A stretch of DNA of 64,000 nucleotides, taken from an uncultured Anaerolineales bacterium (GTDB taxonomy: Bacteria; Planctomycetota; Phycisphaerae; FEN-1346). Every line of letters begins with the position of its first letter. The stretch's first letter is position 1. The notes under the pieces are model-generated. The model did not search any database. It was not told where the DNA came from and was given only the letters and a program-made list of their open reading frames with translations. The stretch lies in NCBI GenBank assembly GCA_964354185.1, contig CAYGZE010000001.1, positions 1,939 through 65,938 on the forward strand, read 5' to 3'. Made by a program: the position numbers and the translations under genes. Shown piece after piece: positions 25,474 through 35,656 of this stretch.

Positions 25474-26852
25474 CGGGCCTGCTCCAGGGCCGCGGCGGCG
25501 TCAGGCCGCCCGTCCTCCGTCTCGTCGGCCGGCATCAGGAAGTTCCACGCCTCGGTGATCGAGCGCAGCCGCCCGACCGTCTCCGCGAAGGCCGACCGCG
25601 TGCCGAGCGGCTGGGTGAGGAACTCGTTGACCCGCTCGATCAGCGACAGGGCCGTGTCGATCCGCGGGTTGCTGCCCGGCGAGAAGGCGCCGATGTTGAT
25701 CAGGTCCTCGGCGCCCTGGTACGTCGCGTAGATGGCCTTCAGTTTCTGGGCCGCCAGGTAGTGGTCGCGGGTCGTGATGGCGTGCATGAGGCGGCTGACG
25801 CTCTGGAGGATGTCGACGGCGGGGTACTGGCCGAGTTCGGCGAGTTTCCGCGACAGGACGACGTGCCCGTCCAGGAGCGACCGGACGCAGTCGGCGACCG
25901 GGTCGTTCATGTCGTCGCCTTCGACGAGGATCGTGAGGATCCCGGTGATGCTGCCGCGGCTGGCGGAGCCCATCCGCTCGGTGAGTCTCGGGAGCATGCT
26001 GAAGACGCTCGGGCAGTAGCCCTTGGTCGTGGGCGGCTCGCCGGCCGCCAGCCCGATCTCCCGCTGGGCCTGGGCCAGGCGGGTGACCGAGTCCATCATG
26101 AAGAGGACGTGCTTGCCTTGGTCGCGGAAGTACTCGGCGATGCTGACGGCCTCGAACGCGGCCTTGACCCGCTGGATGGGGGCGGCGTCGCTCGTGGCCA
26201 CGACGACCACGCTGCGCGCCAGGCCCGCGGGGCCGAGCGAGTTCTCGAGGAAGGCCCGGACCTCGCGCCCGCGCTCGCCCACCAGCGCCAGGACGTTGAC
26301 GTCGGCCTCGCTGGTCCGGGCGACCTCGCCGAGCAGCAGGCTCTTGCCGACGCCGGACCCCGCGAAGATGCCGACCCGCTGGCCCTTGCCGCACGTCAGC
26401 AGCCCGTCGAACACGCGGATGCCGAAGACGAGCGGCTCGGTGATGGGGCGGCGGCTGAGGGGGGGCGGGCTCGGACTGTCGAGCGGCATTGCGTCGGGCC
26501 CCTCGAGCGGCCCCTTGCCGTCGATCGGGCGGCCGAGGCCGTCGATCACGCGGCCGAGGATCGCCGGGCCGAGGCGGACGTAGCGCAGCGTGCGCCGGGC
26601 GACGACCGGGTTCTCCGGCGCGATGCCCTCGATGCGGTCCAGGGGCAGCAGGATCCGGTGCTCGCGGTGGAAGCCGACGACCTCGGCCAGGACGCGCCGG
26701 CCCCCGGCCAGGAGGATCTCGCACGCCTGGCCGATGCCCACGGGCGGGCCCTGCGACTCCACGGTCAGGCCCGTTACGCGGACGACGCGCCCGCGGCAGG
26801 CCAGCAGGTCGGCCTTCTCCAATTGATCGTGGTATCTTTTCCAGTCGATCAT
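25470..26852 (-). CDS. fliI: flagellum-specific ATPase FliI
   Basis: Start MIDWKRYHD. Walker A GSGVGKSLLLGEVAR, Walker B VLFMMDSVTRLAQAQREI, and T3SS ATPase C-terminal domain. The track ORF has a spurious N-terminal extension. Confidence 0.95.
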   Translation of the reverse strand: MIDWKRYHDQLEKADLLACRGRVVRVTGLTVESQGPPVGIGQACEILLAGGRRVLAEVVGFHREHRILLPLDRIEGIAPENPVVARRTLRYVRLGPAILGRVIDGLGRPIDGKGPLEGPDAMPLDSPSPPPLSRRPITEPLVFGIRVFDGLLTCGKGQRVGIFAGSGVGKSLLLGEVARTSEADVNVLALVGERGREVRAFLENSLGPAGLARSVVVVATSDAAPIQRVKAAFEAVSIAEYFRDQGKHVLFMMDSVTRLAQAQREIGLAAGEPPTTKGYCPSVFSMLPRLTERMGSASRGSITGILTILVEGDDMNDPVADCVRSLLDGHVVLSRKLAELGQYPAVDILQSVSRLMHAITTRDHYLAAQKLKAIYATYQGAEDLINIGAFSPGSNPRIDTALSLIERVNEFLTQPLGTRSAFAETVGRLRSITEAWNFLMPADETEDGRPDAAAALEQAR

Positions 26853-27418
26853 GGCGACGGCGATCCCGCAAGCGCCTGGTGGACCTGCTCCAGTTGGTCC
26901 TCCAGGCGTACGTCCACGGTTCCTTCGGCGGTGTCGACCGCGCACTCGGCGCGGCCGAGGGCGGGGTCGGCGGCCAGCCGGACGCCGCCTAGCCCGAGCG
27001 GTTTCCCCTCGGCCCCCGCCTTCTCGATCCGGGCGAGGTCCTCCGGGTTCAGCCGTACCACCACCTCGCGCCGCGAGGGCGCGCAGCGCAGCGCCTCCCG
27101 GACGATCGCCTCGACGTCGTACTGGCCGGCATCGACGGCCTGCTTGAGCACCTTGCGCGCGATGGCGACGGCCAGTTCGGCCAGGTGGGCCTCGGCCTCG
27201 CGGGTGATCGTGTCCTGGAGGCCGGCCAGGGCGGCGGCCGCGCGCTCCAGCGCCTGGGCCGCGCGGGCCAGCGCGCTGCGTTCGGCCTCAAGCGCCCGCC
27301 GCACGGTCTCGGCCGAGGGGACGGCGTCCGGCCCCGCGTCTTCGGCGCCGGCCGGCCCGGGGATGGTCCGGGCGTCCGTCAGCGGGGCGTGCAGCCGGAT
27401 GGTGGCGCGCTCGGGCAT
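26849..27418 (-). CDS. fliH: flagellar assembly protein FliH
   Basis: 189 aa; coiled-coil N-half and FliH C-terminal domain (EAIVREALRCAPSRREVVVRLNPEDLARIE). It overlaps fliI by 4 nt and sits between fliG and fliI. Confidence 0.72.
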   Translation of the reverse strand: MPERATIRLHAPLTDARTIPGPAGAEDAGPDAVPSAETVRRALEAERSALARAAQALERAAAALAGLQDTITREAEAHLAELAVAIARKVLKQAVDAGQYDVEAIVREALRCAPSRREVVVRLNPEDLARIEKAGAEGKPLGLGGVRLAADPALGRAECAVDTAEGTVDVRLEDQLEQVHQALAGSPSP

Positions 27419-27422
27419 CCGC

Positions 27423-28424
27423 TCAGGCCTCCTCGAACCGTAGGTCGCCCTTCGTGTTCAACTCGCGCAGGCCCCCGAGGATCGCGGTGCGGGCCTGCTC
27501 GATCTCCTCGGCCTTCGGGGCCCTCATGAGGGAGGTTTCCTCGGCGATGGCGGCCCTGGCGCGTTCGGAGACGTTCGCGCGGACCTTCTGGTCGATAGCG
27601 GGGTCGGCGCCGTTCAGGGCGAGGGCCAGTTGCTTGGCCTCGACGCCCCGGAGGACCTCCTGGAGGCTGCGATCGCTGACCTGGGGGACGTCCTCCCAGA
27701 GGACCATGAGGTTGCGGATGGCGGTGGCGGTGTCGGCGTCCTGCTCGCCGATGGCCTTGACGAGGCCGTTGCGCAGTTCGGTCTTGACGGTCCGGAGGAG
27801 GACGGCGACGCGGCGGAGTCGGCTCTGGGGCCCGGCGGCGGCCTCGCCGCCGGCCGCCTCGCGGAGGTCGTCGAGGCGCTTCCGGACGATGGCCGCGATC
27901 CGCTGGCGGGCCTCGGGTGACGCCAGGGCGCCGCCCGTCAACTGCCGGACGGCGTCCACGCGGACGGCCTCCGCCAGGAGCGGGATGACGGCACCGCTCT
28001 TGTCGGGCGGGAGTTCCGAGAGGATGAGGGCGACCACCTGGGCCGGCTCGCCTTCGAGGGCCTGGCCCAGCAGGGGGGCCGCGGCCGACCGGATGGGAAT
28101 GAACGGGTCGCGCACGTCCACCCGCCGGCGGATCTCGCTCAGAAGTTCCTTCGACTGCTTCTCGCCGACGGCGGCCTCGAGCATCCGCTGGATGAACGTC
28201 TCGTGGCTGACGCCGGGGCCCGTGCCGCGAAGCATCCCGCAGAACTCCTCCATCGGCTTGGCCTTGGGGGCGCCGGCGTGCTGGCCGGTGGCGCCGAGGT
28301 AGGCGAGTTCGGTGGCGATCTCGGCGACAAGGTCCGGTCGGGCGGCCTTGAGCAACTCGGCCGCGGTCACGGGGTCGAGACCCATCAGGAGCAGGGCGGC
28401 TTTTCGGATCGTGCTGGATGCCAC
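27423..28424 (-). CDS. fliG: flagellar motor switch protein FliG
   Basis: 333 aa; armadillo-like repeats and the C-terminal torque helix region (VRANVSERARAAIAEETSLMRAPKAEEIEQARTAILGGLRELNTKGDL). Confidence 0.9.
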   Translation of the reverse strand: MASSTIRKAALLLMGLDPVTAAELLKAARPDLVAEIATELAYLGATGQHAGAPKAKPMEEFCGMLRGTGPGVSHETFIQRMLEAAVGEKQSKELLSEIRRRVDVRDPFIPIRSAAAPLLGQALEGEPAQVVALILSELPPDKSGAVIPLLAEAVRVDAVRQLTGGALASPEARQRIAAIVRKRLDDLREAAGGEAAAGPQSRLRRVAVLLRTVKTELRNGLVKAIGEQDADTATAIRNLMVLWEDVPQVSDRSLQEVLRGVEAKQLALALNGADPAIDQKVRANVSERARAAIAEETSLMRAPKAEEIEQARTAILGGLRELNTKGDLRFEEA

Positions 28425-29999
28425 TTACGCCTCTCCTTGTCCGCCGTCCACCCAGGTGCGGAACAGCCGCTTGACCTCCTCGGGGTTGTCTTGGAGCGCG
28501 GTCGCGATACGCTGGCGGAGTTGTTCGGGGTCCTCGCCGGCGCCGGCGAGCAGGTTGACACTCTGCCCCTGCCCCGCTGGCTGGAGTTCGCCTCCGGCGG
28601 CCGGGGCGGCGGCGGGCCGGCGCTTGGAGCCGCCGAACATCTTCAGGACCAAGAGCGCCCCGACCACGAGCACCCCCAGCGAGCCGTGGCGCGCCAGGTC
28701 CATGTAGAACTGCGGGCTGGCGAAGAGGCCCGGATCCTCGGGTTCGGCGGCGGCGTCCGGCCGCCGGAAGGGCACCGACACGACCGTCAGGCCGGTGGCG
28801 TCCTTCAGGCCGAGGGTGTTCTGGATGACCTTCTTGACGTCGTCGACCGTGAGGGTGGGCGCGGCAGTCGCCGGCGCGGCACCACCTTCGGCGCCGGCCG
28901 CCGGCTTCGCCGCGTCCCCGGCCGCCGGCTCGGGGGCCGAGAGGTCGACGAACGCCGAAACCGAGACCGAGGTGATCTTGCCGGGCATGTCGAGGGTCTT
29001 CGAGGTCGTGCGGCTGACGAGGTAATCGGTGGTGACGGTCTCTTCCTTGGACAGGTTGCCCGCGGGGGCCTCGGTGCCCGGGGCGCCGGCGGCCGTGCCT
29101 CCGGCGCCGGGCGTCTCGGACTTGGTGACGAGTTCCTCCTTTGTCGCGACCTTGGCGTCGGGTTCATACTTCTCCACGGTCTGGTCGACGCTGCTGGTCT
29201 CGATGTCGGCGTGGACGCGGACGATGGCGCGTCCGGGCCCGAGGACCGTCGTGAGCATCTTCTCGGCCTTGGCGGCGAGGTACTCCTCGACCTGGCTCTT
29301 GTAGTCGAAGAGGGTGCCGATGCCGCGGGCCATCGGGCCGTCGGCGCCGCCCGAGAGGAGGCTCCCGGCGCTGTCGATGACGGCAACGTCCTGGGGCTGA
29401 AGGTTCTCGACGCTGTGCGAGACGAGGTGGATGATGGCCGCCACCGCGCCGGGCGCCAGGTGCCAGCCCGGCCGCAGGCGCAGGGCCACCGTGGCCGTCG
29501 CCCCCTTCTGGTCCTGGCGGAACAGGTTGCTCGTCGGCCGCACGATGTGGACGCGGGCGCCCGCGACGCCCTCGATGAGGCTGATGGTCTTGGCGAGTTC
29601 GCCCTCCATCGCCCGGGTGTAGTTGATGCGCTGGGTGAAGGGGCCGGTGCCGATCTTCTCCTCGTCGAGGATGCGGTAGCCGGGGTTGTCGCCGGTGGGG
29701 AGCCCCTCGCCGGCCAGTTCGAGCCAGATGGTGTACTTGCTCTCGACGGGGACGTAGACGGCGGTGCCGCCCCCCTTGACCTCGTAGGCGATGCCAAGGT
29801 CGCGGATCTTCTCGACGATGCGCGAGGCCTCTTCCGGCGCAAGGTCGGAGTACAGGAGGGCCATCTCGGGCTGGCGCGCCCAGCCGACCAGGACGGCGAC
29901 CGCCCCGCCGCAGGCCAGGAGCACCGTGACGAGCAGCATCCGCTGCCCGAACCGCATCCGCCGCCAGAATTCCGCCACGTTCTGGAGCATAGGCCGCAC
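28425..29999 (-). CDS. fliF: flagellar MS-ring protein FliF
   Basis: 524 aa; N-terminal TM (LLVTVLLACGGAVAVLVGW), ring-building motifs (LYSDLAPEEASRIVEKIRDLGIAYEVKGGGTAVYVP), a second TM near the C-terminus and a FliG-binding tail. Confidence 0.9.
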   Translation of the reverse strand: MRPMLQNVAEFWRRMRFGQRMLLVTVLLACGGAVAVLVGWARQPEMALLYSDLAPEEASRIVEKIRDLGIAYEVKGGGTAVYVPVESKYTIWLELAGEGLPTGDNPGYRILDEEKIGTGPFTQRINYTRAMEGELAKTISLIEGVAGARVHIVRPTSNLFRQDQKGATATVALRLRPGWHLAPGAVAAIIHLVSHSVENLQPQDVAVIDSAGSLLSGGADGPMARGIGTLFDYKSQVEEYLAAKAEKMLTTVLGPGRAIVRVHADIETSSVDQTVEKYEPDAKVATKEELVTKSETPGAGGTAAGAPGTEAPAGNLSKEETVTTDYLVSRTTSKTLDMPGKITSVSVSAFVDLSAPEPAAGDAAKPAAGAEGGAAPATAAPTLTVDDVKKVIQNTLGLKDATGLTVVSVPFRRPDAAAEPEDPGLFASPQFYMDLARHGSLGVLVVGALLVLKMFGGSKRRPAAAPAAGGELQPAGQGQSVNLLAGAGEDPEQLRQRIATALQDNPEEVKRLFRTWVDGGQGEA

Positions 30000-30031
30000 G
30001 CCTCACCGGTCGCGCGTGACGCCGGCGACCG

Positions 30032-30343
30032 CTACACTTGCATGTTCATCGTCTGCTTGTAGGCCTCGATCACCTTGTTGCGGACGGCGACGAGGAGCCT
30101 GAAACTCATGTCGGCTCGGGCGACGGCCTGGACGACCGGCAGGACGTCCTGGCTGGCGCCGCTGAGGAGTTGCCGCACCGAGGCGGCCGACTCCTGCTGG
30201 TCCAGGTTCACGGCGTCGACGGCCTTCTCGAGCATGCCGCCGAAATCAGTAGGCGTGCCTTTCTGCGGCGCGTCGGTCGCCGGCCGGGTCATGGAGGGAA
30301 AGAGCGGCTGGGTGGCGATCGCGCCGGGTCCCTGGACGTTCAT
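30032..30343 (-). CDS. fliE: flagellar hook-basal body protein FliE
   Basis: 103 aa ending LLVAVRNKVIEAYKQTMNMQV, the conserved FliE C-terminus. Confidence 0.85.
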   Translation of the reverse strand: MNVQGPGAIATQPLFPSMTRPATDAPQKGTPTDFGGMLEKAVDAVNLDQQESAASVRQLLSGASQDVLPVVQAVARADMSFRLLVAVRNKVIEAYKQTMNMQV

Positions 30344-30358
30344 AAGATCTCCTTGCGG

Positions 30359-30769
30359 CTAGCGGAGCAATTCGATCGTGGCTTCCACCATGTCCTGGTA
30401 CCGTTTCAGGACGGCGACGTTGGCCTGATAGGCCCGCGAGGCGAAGACGAGGTTCATCATCTCGACGGGCAGTTGCACGTTGGGCATCTGGACGTAGCCG
30501 TTCGCGTCGGCATCGGGGTGGCCCGGCATGAGGACGGAGCGCAGGGCGCTTGAGTCCTGCGCGACGCGGACGATCCTGACGCCTCCGAGGTCCTGGGGGG
30601 TCGTTCGCAGGACGACGTCCTGGCGGCGGTAGGCTTGGCCCGTCTGCGTTCGCGTCGTCTCGGCGTTCGCGATGTTGGCCGAGATCAGGTTCAGCCGCAG
30701 CGACTGGGCCCGGAGGCCCGAGACGGCGATGTCCACCATCGGGGAGATGTTGTCGACGCCCATCGTCAT
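30359..30769 (-). CDS. flgC: flagellar basal-body rod protein FlgC
   Basis: 136 aa; N-terminal SANIANAETTRT... and the C-terminal rod motif VQMPNVQLPVEMMNLVFASRAYQANVAVLKRYQDM. Confidence 0.9.
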   Translation of the reverse strand: MTMGVDNISPMVDIAVSGLRAQSLRLNLISANIANAETTRTQTGQAYRRQDVVLRTTPQDLGGVRIVRVAQDSSALRSVLMPGHPDADANGYVQMPNVQLPVEMMNLVFASRAYQANVAVLKRYQDMVEATIELLR

Positions 30770-30787
30770 GCTCCTCGGCGGTCCCGA

Positions 30788-31144
30788 TCAGGCCTGGATC
30801 GCCAGTTCCATCTGCCGGTACGTGCGGTTCAGGACCCGCATGTACGTCTTGTAGAGGACGGAGTTCCTGACGAGGTCGGCCACTTCGCGATCGAGTTCGA
30901 CGTCGTTGCCGTGCTCGTTGAGCGGGTCGGTGGCGGGCCGGAGGATGCGGGCGGCCACCTCCCGGGGGTCGATGGGCTTGCCGGCATCCATGGCGTCGGC
31001 GAAGACCTCCTCGAACGGGAGGATGGTGCGGCGGTAACCGGGCGTCGCCATGTTGGCGATGTTGTTGGCGACGGCGGCCTGGCGCAGGGTCGTCGCGCGG
31101 AGGCCGGCCTCCAGGTATTCGATTATGCCGGTGCCTTGAGCCAT
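30788..31144 (-). CDS. flgB: flagellar basal-body rod protein FlgB
   Basis: 118 aa; LRQAAVANNIANMATPGYRR and the C-terminal NSVLYKTYMRVLNRTYRQMELAIQ. Its start lies inside the 3' end of the upstream regulator gene (22-nt overlap). Confidence 0.85.
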   Translation of the reverse strand: MAQGTGIIEYLEAGLRATTLRQAAVANNIANMATPGYRRTILPFEEVFADAMDAGKPIDPREVAARILRPATDPLNEHGNDVELDREVADLVRNSVLYKTYMRVLNRTYRQMELAIQA

Positions 31145-32568
31145 AGTCGGTCTCCCGTGGCGTCCGCGTCGCCCGCTTGGCGATAGCGGCGCAGTTTCTC
31201 GCGCAGGGTCCGGTCCGTGATGCCGAGGAGTTTCGCGGCGCGGGCCTGGTGGCTGCCGGTGACGCGCAGGGCCTTGAGGATCGTGTGGCGCTCGACGTCC
31301 CTCAGGCGGAGGCTTGGGCCGGCGTCCGTGCCCCCCGACCTCTCGGCCGGTCCGACCTCGGCACGGCCCGTGGCGGTGACGGGCAGGCAGGCTTCCAGTT
31401 CCGCCCGAAGCCACGGGGCCCCGGCCAGCGAGAGCACGTCGCTCGACCCGAGGACCAAGGCGGTGCGCACGGCGCTGCGCAGTTGCCGCACGTTGCCCGG
31501 CCAGTCGTACCGCTGGAAGAGGTCCATCATGTCGGGGTCGAGCGCCGTGATCGAGCGCCGCACCTCCCTCGCATATTCGTTGACGAAGTACCACGTGAGC
31601 AGGGGGATGTCCTCCGGGCGCTGGCGCAGGGGAGGCACCGCCACGAGCATCCCCGCCAGCCGGTAGTACAGGTCGCCCCGGAAGCGTCCCCGGCGGACAA
31701 GGCCGGGAAGGTCGCGGTTCGTCGTACTGATGACCCGGACGTTGACGCGGAGGCTCTTCGACCCGCCGACCCGCTCGAAGTCCTGCTGGTCCAGGACGCG
31801 GAGCAACTCGGCCTGGAGCCGCAGGCCCGTCTCCGTCACCTCGTCCAGCAGGAGGGTCCCCCCGTCGGCCAGTTCGAAGCGGCCCTTGCGCTCGATGACC
31901 GCGCCCGTGAACGCGCCGCGTTCGTGGCCAAAGAGTTCGCTCTCCAGGAGCGAGTCGCTCAGGGCGGCGCAGTTGACGCGGACGTAGGGCCCGCCTGCGC
32001 GGCGGCTGCCCTGGTGGATGAGGTTGGCGACCAGTTCCTTGCCGGTCCCGCTCTCGCCCAGGATGACGATGGGCAGCGACGTCTGGGCGGCCTTCCGGGC
32101 GAGAGTGAGGGCCTGGAGGAGGGCGGGGCTTCGGCCGACGATGCGGCAGGGGTGGCGGCCGTCGGGGACGACGGCGGCTGCCAGCGGCACCGTCCGGTTC
32201 GGCAGGAGCGCGTCGAGCAGTTCCTCCACGGTCCGGCGCTTCAGGGGCTGGGTAAGGAAGTCCTCGCACCCCGCGCGGAGGGCCCGGACGACCGTTGGGA
32301 CGGCCGCCTCGCCGGAGATCATAACGACGGGCAGTTCGGGCTCGCGGCGTTTGACCTCCTCGACGACGGCCAGGCCGCCCCCGCCGGCCGTCTCGAGTTC
32401 GACGAAGACGAGGTCCCACCGCTCCTGCGGGATGTGGTCGCCGGCCGCCTTGACGTCGCGGGCGACGGTGCCGCGAATCCCGCGGGCCGCGAGCACCTCC
32501 AGCAGGAGGCGCGTCGTCGGCGTGTTGCAGCCGACGAGGAGCACGTTCGGATGGACCGAATCCGTCAT
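31123..32568 (-). CDS. sigma-54-dependent response regulator (NtrC/FlrC/FlbD-type bacterial enhancer-binding protein)
   Basis: 481 aa; RBS AAGGAAAGG. Receiver-like N-domain (DLVFVELET, VVMISGE). AAA+ sigma-54 activator core (ILGESGTGKELVANLIH, GAFTG, ESELFGHERGAFTG, GGTLLLDEV, RVISTTNRDL, DLYYRLAGMLVAVPPLRQRPEDIP). C-terminal Fis-type HTH (QARAAKLLGITDRTLREKLRRY). Confidence 0.9.
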   Translation of the reverse strand: MTDSVHPNVLLVGCNTPTTRLLLEVLAARGIRGTVARDVKAAGDHIPQERWDLVFVELETAGGGGLAVVEEVKRREPELPVVMISGEAAVPTVVRALRAGCEDFLTQPLKRRTVEELLDALLPNRTVPLAAAVVPDGRHPCRIVGRSPALLQALTLARKAAQTSLPIVILGESGTGKELVANLIHQGSRRAGGPYVRVNCAALSDSLLESELFGHERGAFTGAVIERKGRFELADGGTLLLDEVTETGLRLQAELLRVLDQQDFERVGGSKSLRVNVRVISTTNRDLPGLVRRGRFRGDLYYRLAGMLVAVPPLRQRPEDIPLLTWYFVNEYAREVRRSITALDPDMMDLFQRYDWPGNVRQLRSAVRTALVLGSSDVLSLAGAPWLRAELEACLPVTATGRAEVGPAERSGGTDAGPSLRLRDVERHTILKALRVTGSHQARAAKLLGITDRTLREKLRRYRQAGDADATGDRLWLKAPA

Positions 32569-33338
32569 GGCGCCTTTCCTTGGGTGGCCGGCGGCGTTGT
32601 CGTCAGGATGTTCGGCTTCCCCCTGGGCGTGGCCGGCGTCGCCGGCGGTGTGGTCGGCGCCGGCGGCGCAGTCGTCGGCGACGGCTCCTCGGTCTCGGTC
32701 GGCCGGGCCGCGAGCCGCCCCTCCGCCAGCGCGCGGTACGTCTTGGCGATCTGGGCCCAGGGCGAGTCGGGGTGGTCCTTCAGGATCTGGTCGTAGATCG
32801 CGATGCCGGCGGCGGGGTCGCTCTCGCGCTGGCAGTTGGCCATCTGGAACAGGGCCCAGGCCTTGGCCTTCCCGTTCCCGTCCGCCTTGAGGGCTGTCTC
32901 GTAGAAGGCGTAGGCCTCGCGGTAGTGGCCGGCCTGGAACAGGGCGTCGGCCAGCGCGAGCGGGTCGGCGATGCGGTCGGGGGGCAGCCGCCGGAGCCGC
33001 TCGAGGTCTTCGGGCGTCACGATGGGAACGTCGGACCTGGGTCGGGGCGGCGCGACGTCGACGGGGGTTGTCGGCGACGCGGCCGCGCCCGTCGAATCCG
33101 GCGCCGCGCTGTCGCGCGGGCTGGGCTTGGGCCGTGCCTGGAGGGAGTGGATGTGCTGGATGGTCGCCTCGAGTTCGCTGGCGGCCGATTCGCCTATCGG
33201 GGGGGTCACGAAGGACCGCAGGAGTTCGAGGCGGTTTTGCCGGGCCCGGGTCACCACGTCGTCGGCAGGGGCAGCCGCCGCGAGCGACGCCGCGGCAAGG
33301 CTTGCCAGCCCCAGGGCCAGTCGAGGCAGGTGTCTCAT
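32565..33338 (-). CDS. secreted TPR-repeat protein (flagellar operon member)
   Basis: 257 aa; signal peptide MRHLPRLALGLASLAAASLAAAAPADD. TPR-like motifs (ALFQAGHYREAYAFYETALKADGNGKAKAWALFQMANCQRESDPAAGIAIYDQILKDHPDSPWAQ). Pro/Thr-rich tail. ATGA overlaps on both sides. Confidence 0.7.
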   Translation of the reverse strand: MRHLPRLALGLASLAAASLAAAAPADDVVTRARQNRLELLRSFVTPPIGESAASELEATIQHIHSLQARPKPSPRDSAAPDSTGAAASPTTPVDVAPPRPRSDVPIVTPEDLERLRRLPPDRIADPLALADALFQAGHYREAYAFYETALKADGNGKAKAWALFQMANCQRESDPAAGIAIYDQILKDHPDSPWAQIAKTYRALAEGRLAARPTETEEPSPTTAPPAPTTPPATPATPRGKPNILTTTPPATQGKAP

Positions 33339-35656
33339 GGGGTCGCCGCTCCTTCCGCCGGGGGCAGCACGCCCGACAGGGCCAGGGACGCTCGGTCGTA
33401 GTCGCGCATCCGCAGGTAGGCCGTCCCCAGCACCTCGAACACGCGCCGCCGCAGGTCATCCGAGAGCGGCAGCGTCAGCAGGTGCCGGCACACGCTGGCC
33501 GCGTGAGACGCCTGCCCGGCCTTGAGGCAGACGTCGGCCAGTTCGCAGGCGGCCTCGCCGGCGAGGGGCCCGGTCCCGGCTTCCGTGAAGACGGCCGACA
33601 GCCGCCGCCGGGCCTCCTCGAGTTCGCCCAGGTCGACGTGGCACCGGGCCAGTTCGAGGACCATGCGGGTTCGGCCCTCGGGGGAGGCGGCCGATCCGAG
33701 TTCGGCCTTCAGGAGGCTCTTGGCCTTCTCGGCCAGCCCGATGGTCCGCAGGATCTCGGCGCGCAGAAGAATGGCCTCGTCGGCCTTCTCGGGGGACGTG
33801 GTGCTGCGGTCGAGGCCCTCGACGACGGTGACGGCGGCCGCCAACTCGTCCTGCTTCACCAGCGTGCGCGCCAGTTCCAGGAGGATGTCGGTCCGGAAGG
33901 CCGGCCCCGGCTTGAACCCCAGGCCGGTCCGCAGGGCGGTCCGGGCCTCGTCGAGCCGGCCCCGGGCGCCTTCGCTCCGGCCAAGCAGCAGGGCGGCCTG
34001 GGCCGGCTCGTCGCCGGTCTGGTCGGCAGCGAGGCTGAGGTAGCGGTTCAGCCACTCGGCGGCCCCGGCGTAGTCTCCCTTGCGGTAGAGGCACGTGCCC
34101 GCGCCGAGGCAGGCGCCGAGGCGGCTCGGCCCCGACAGTTCGAGACCGTACAGTTTCTTGAACGTTGCGACGGCCTCGTCATAGAGGCCGGCCTCCATGG
34201 TGGCCTTCCCCAGCCTGAGGTAGACCTCGTCGGTCGCGGAGAAGTCGGGATGGCGGTTGAGGAGTTCGAGCAGTTCGTCGCGGGCGCCGGCGTAGTCGGT
34301 CAGGTCGATCCGGGTCGCGGCGCTGCGCAGCCTGGCCAGGGGCGCCAGTGGCGAATGGGGAAACCGTTCGGCCAGGAGGTCAAACTCGGTCATCGCGCCG
34401 GGTTTGTCGTTGCGGCACTCGCACAAGAGGCCCAGCGCGAAGTGGCCGTAGGCGAACTGCCCGGCCTCGGACGTCAGCAGGAAGAGCCGGCGCCAGGCCG
34501 ATCCCGCCTCGCGGACCAGGATGTCCTGGAGGTCGGACGTTGAGGCGCACGTCGCCGGATCGTGGATCACGGCCCGCGTTCCGCTCAGCCGGGCCAGGAG
34601 CCCCACCGCGCCGCAGGCGACCTCGATGACCCGCTGGTCGGTGAGGTTCTCGCCGTAGAGGAACAGGGGGCGGGCCCGCGCCGCCGCATCCGGGCCCTGC
34701 CACGCGATCTCGATCCCGGCCGCACCGGCCAATCGGTTCAAGAGTTCCTCGACCGGGGCGCCGGCCGACGTGACCGTCCACCGCGGGCCCGTCCTGGCGT
34801 TGGCAACCACGGCGAGTTTGGGGGCGAGGATCGCCCCTGCCAGTTCGTGCGTCCCGGCGGCGAGGAGCCCGCGGAGTTCCTCTTCGTTGCGGAGGTTGCT
34901 GAACGGGTCCAGATCGATGCCCGCAGTGGCCGGCAGGTCCCGTTCCCGGTTGAACAAGGTCAGGGCCTTGCGCGAGAGCGACTCCGCCACCAGCACGTCA
35001 CACGCCGACTGGATGCTCCCGGTGCCTGGAACCAGGGTGAGCACAGCCAGCGCCTTGTAGGCCTGCATCCGGGCCGTCAGGTACCGTCCCTCGCGCAGGT
35101 CCAGAAGGGCCGTCTGGAAAGACACCATCCCGCGGATGACGGGGGAGCGGCTCTTCGCGAGCGACGCCAGTTCCGTCCGGGCCTCGGCGCTGTGTCCCGA
35201 TCGCAGTTGGGCCTGGGCCAGGCGCAGCACCAGGAAGTCCACCACGAGGTCCGCGTCCTCCTCGCCGGCCTCGGACCGCGTGGTCGCCAACAGTTGCCGG
35301 TAGCAGTCGAGGGCCGCGGCGCTGTCCCCCTCGGCGCGGGCCTTCTCGGCCACCGACAAGGAGACGCCGGTCGGCGGCTTCGGGCCGGGCTGGTCCGGGA
35401 TCTGGTCGATTGCCGCCTTCGCGGGCGCCGCTGGCGGGGAAGGGGGCGGCGCCGTCTCATCGGCCTCCGGCCAGAAGACGGCCGCGACGGAGACGGCCAC
35501 GACCAGCGCGCCCGCCGCGAGCAGCATGACCCGGCGCGCCGTGTGGGACTTGGCGTCCGCCAGCAGGGCCGTGGCCAGCCCGTCGTTCACCATCGCGGAC
35601 GGGTCCGGTGCCGGAGGCGTCCCGTCACTGGCGGCCGATGTGGGCTCGTCTGCCAT
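33335..35656 (-). CDS. membrane-anchored multi-TPR protein (773 aa), first gene of the sigma-54-driven flagellar superoperon
   Basis: One N-terminal TM (RRVMLLAAGALVVAVSVAAVFW) followed by ~700 aa of TPR-like helical repeats (ALDCYRQLL..., EAVATFKKLYGL..., YAGAAEWLNRYLSLA..., LGELEEARRRLSAVF...). Its stop overlaps the next start (ATGA). Confidence 0.75.
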   Translation of the reverse strand: MADEPTSAASDGTPPAPDPSAMVNDGLATALLADAKSHTARRVMLLAAGALVVAVSVAAVFWPEADETAPPPSPPAAPAKAAIDQIPDQPGPKPPTGVSLSVAEKARAEGDSAAALDCYRQLLATTRSEAGEEDADLVVDFLVLRLAQAQLRSGHSAEARTELASLAKSRSPVIRGMVSFQTALLDLREGRYLTARMQAYKALAVLTLVPGTGSIQSACDVLVAESLSRKALTLFNRERDLPATAGIDLDPFSNLRNEEELRGLLAAGTHELAGAILAPKLAVVANARTGPRWTVTSAGAPVEELLNRLAGAAGIEIAWQGPDAAARARPLFLYGENLTDQRVIEVACGAVGLLARLSGTRAVIHDPATCASTSDLQDILVREAGSAWRRLFLLTSEAGQFAYGHFALGLLCECRNDKPGAMTEFDLLAERFPHSPLAPLARLRSAATRIDLTDYAGARDELLELLNRHPDFSATDEVYLRLGKATMEAGLYDEAVATFKKLYGLELSGPSRLGACLGAGTCLYRKGDYAGAAEWLNRYLSLAADQTGDEPAQAALLLGRSEGARGRLDEARTALRTGLGFKPGPAFRTDILLELARTLVKQDELAAAVTVVEGLDRSTTSPEKADEAILLRAEILRTIGLAEKAKSLLKAELGSAASPEGRTRMVLELARCHVDLGELEEARRRLSAVFTEAGTGPLAGEAACELADVCLKAGQASHAASVCRHLLTLPLSDDLRRRVFEVLGTAYLRMRDYDRASLALSGVLPPAEGAATP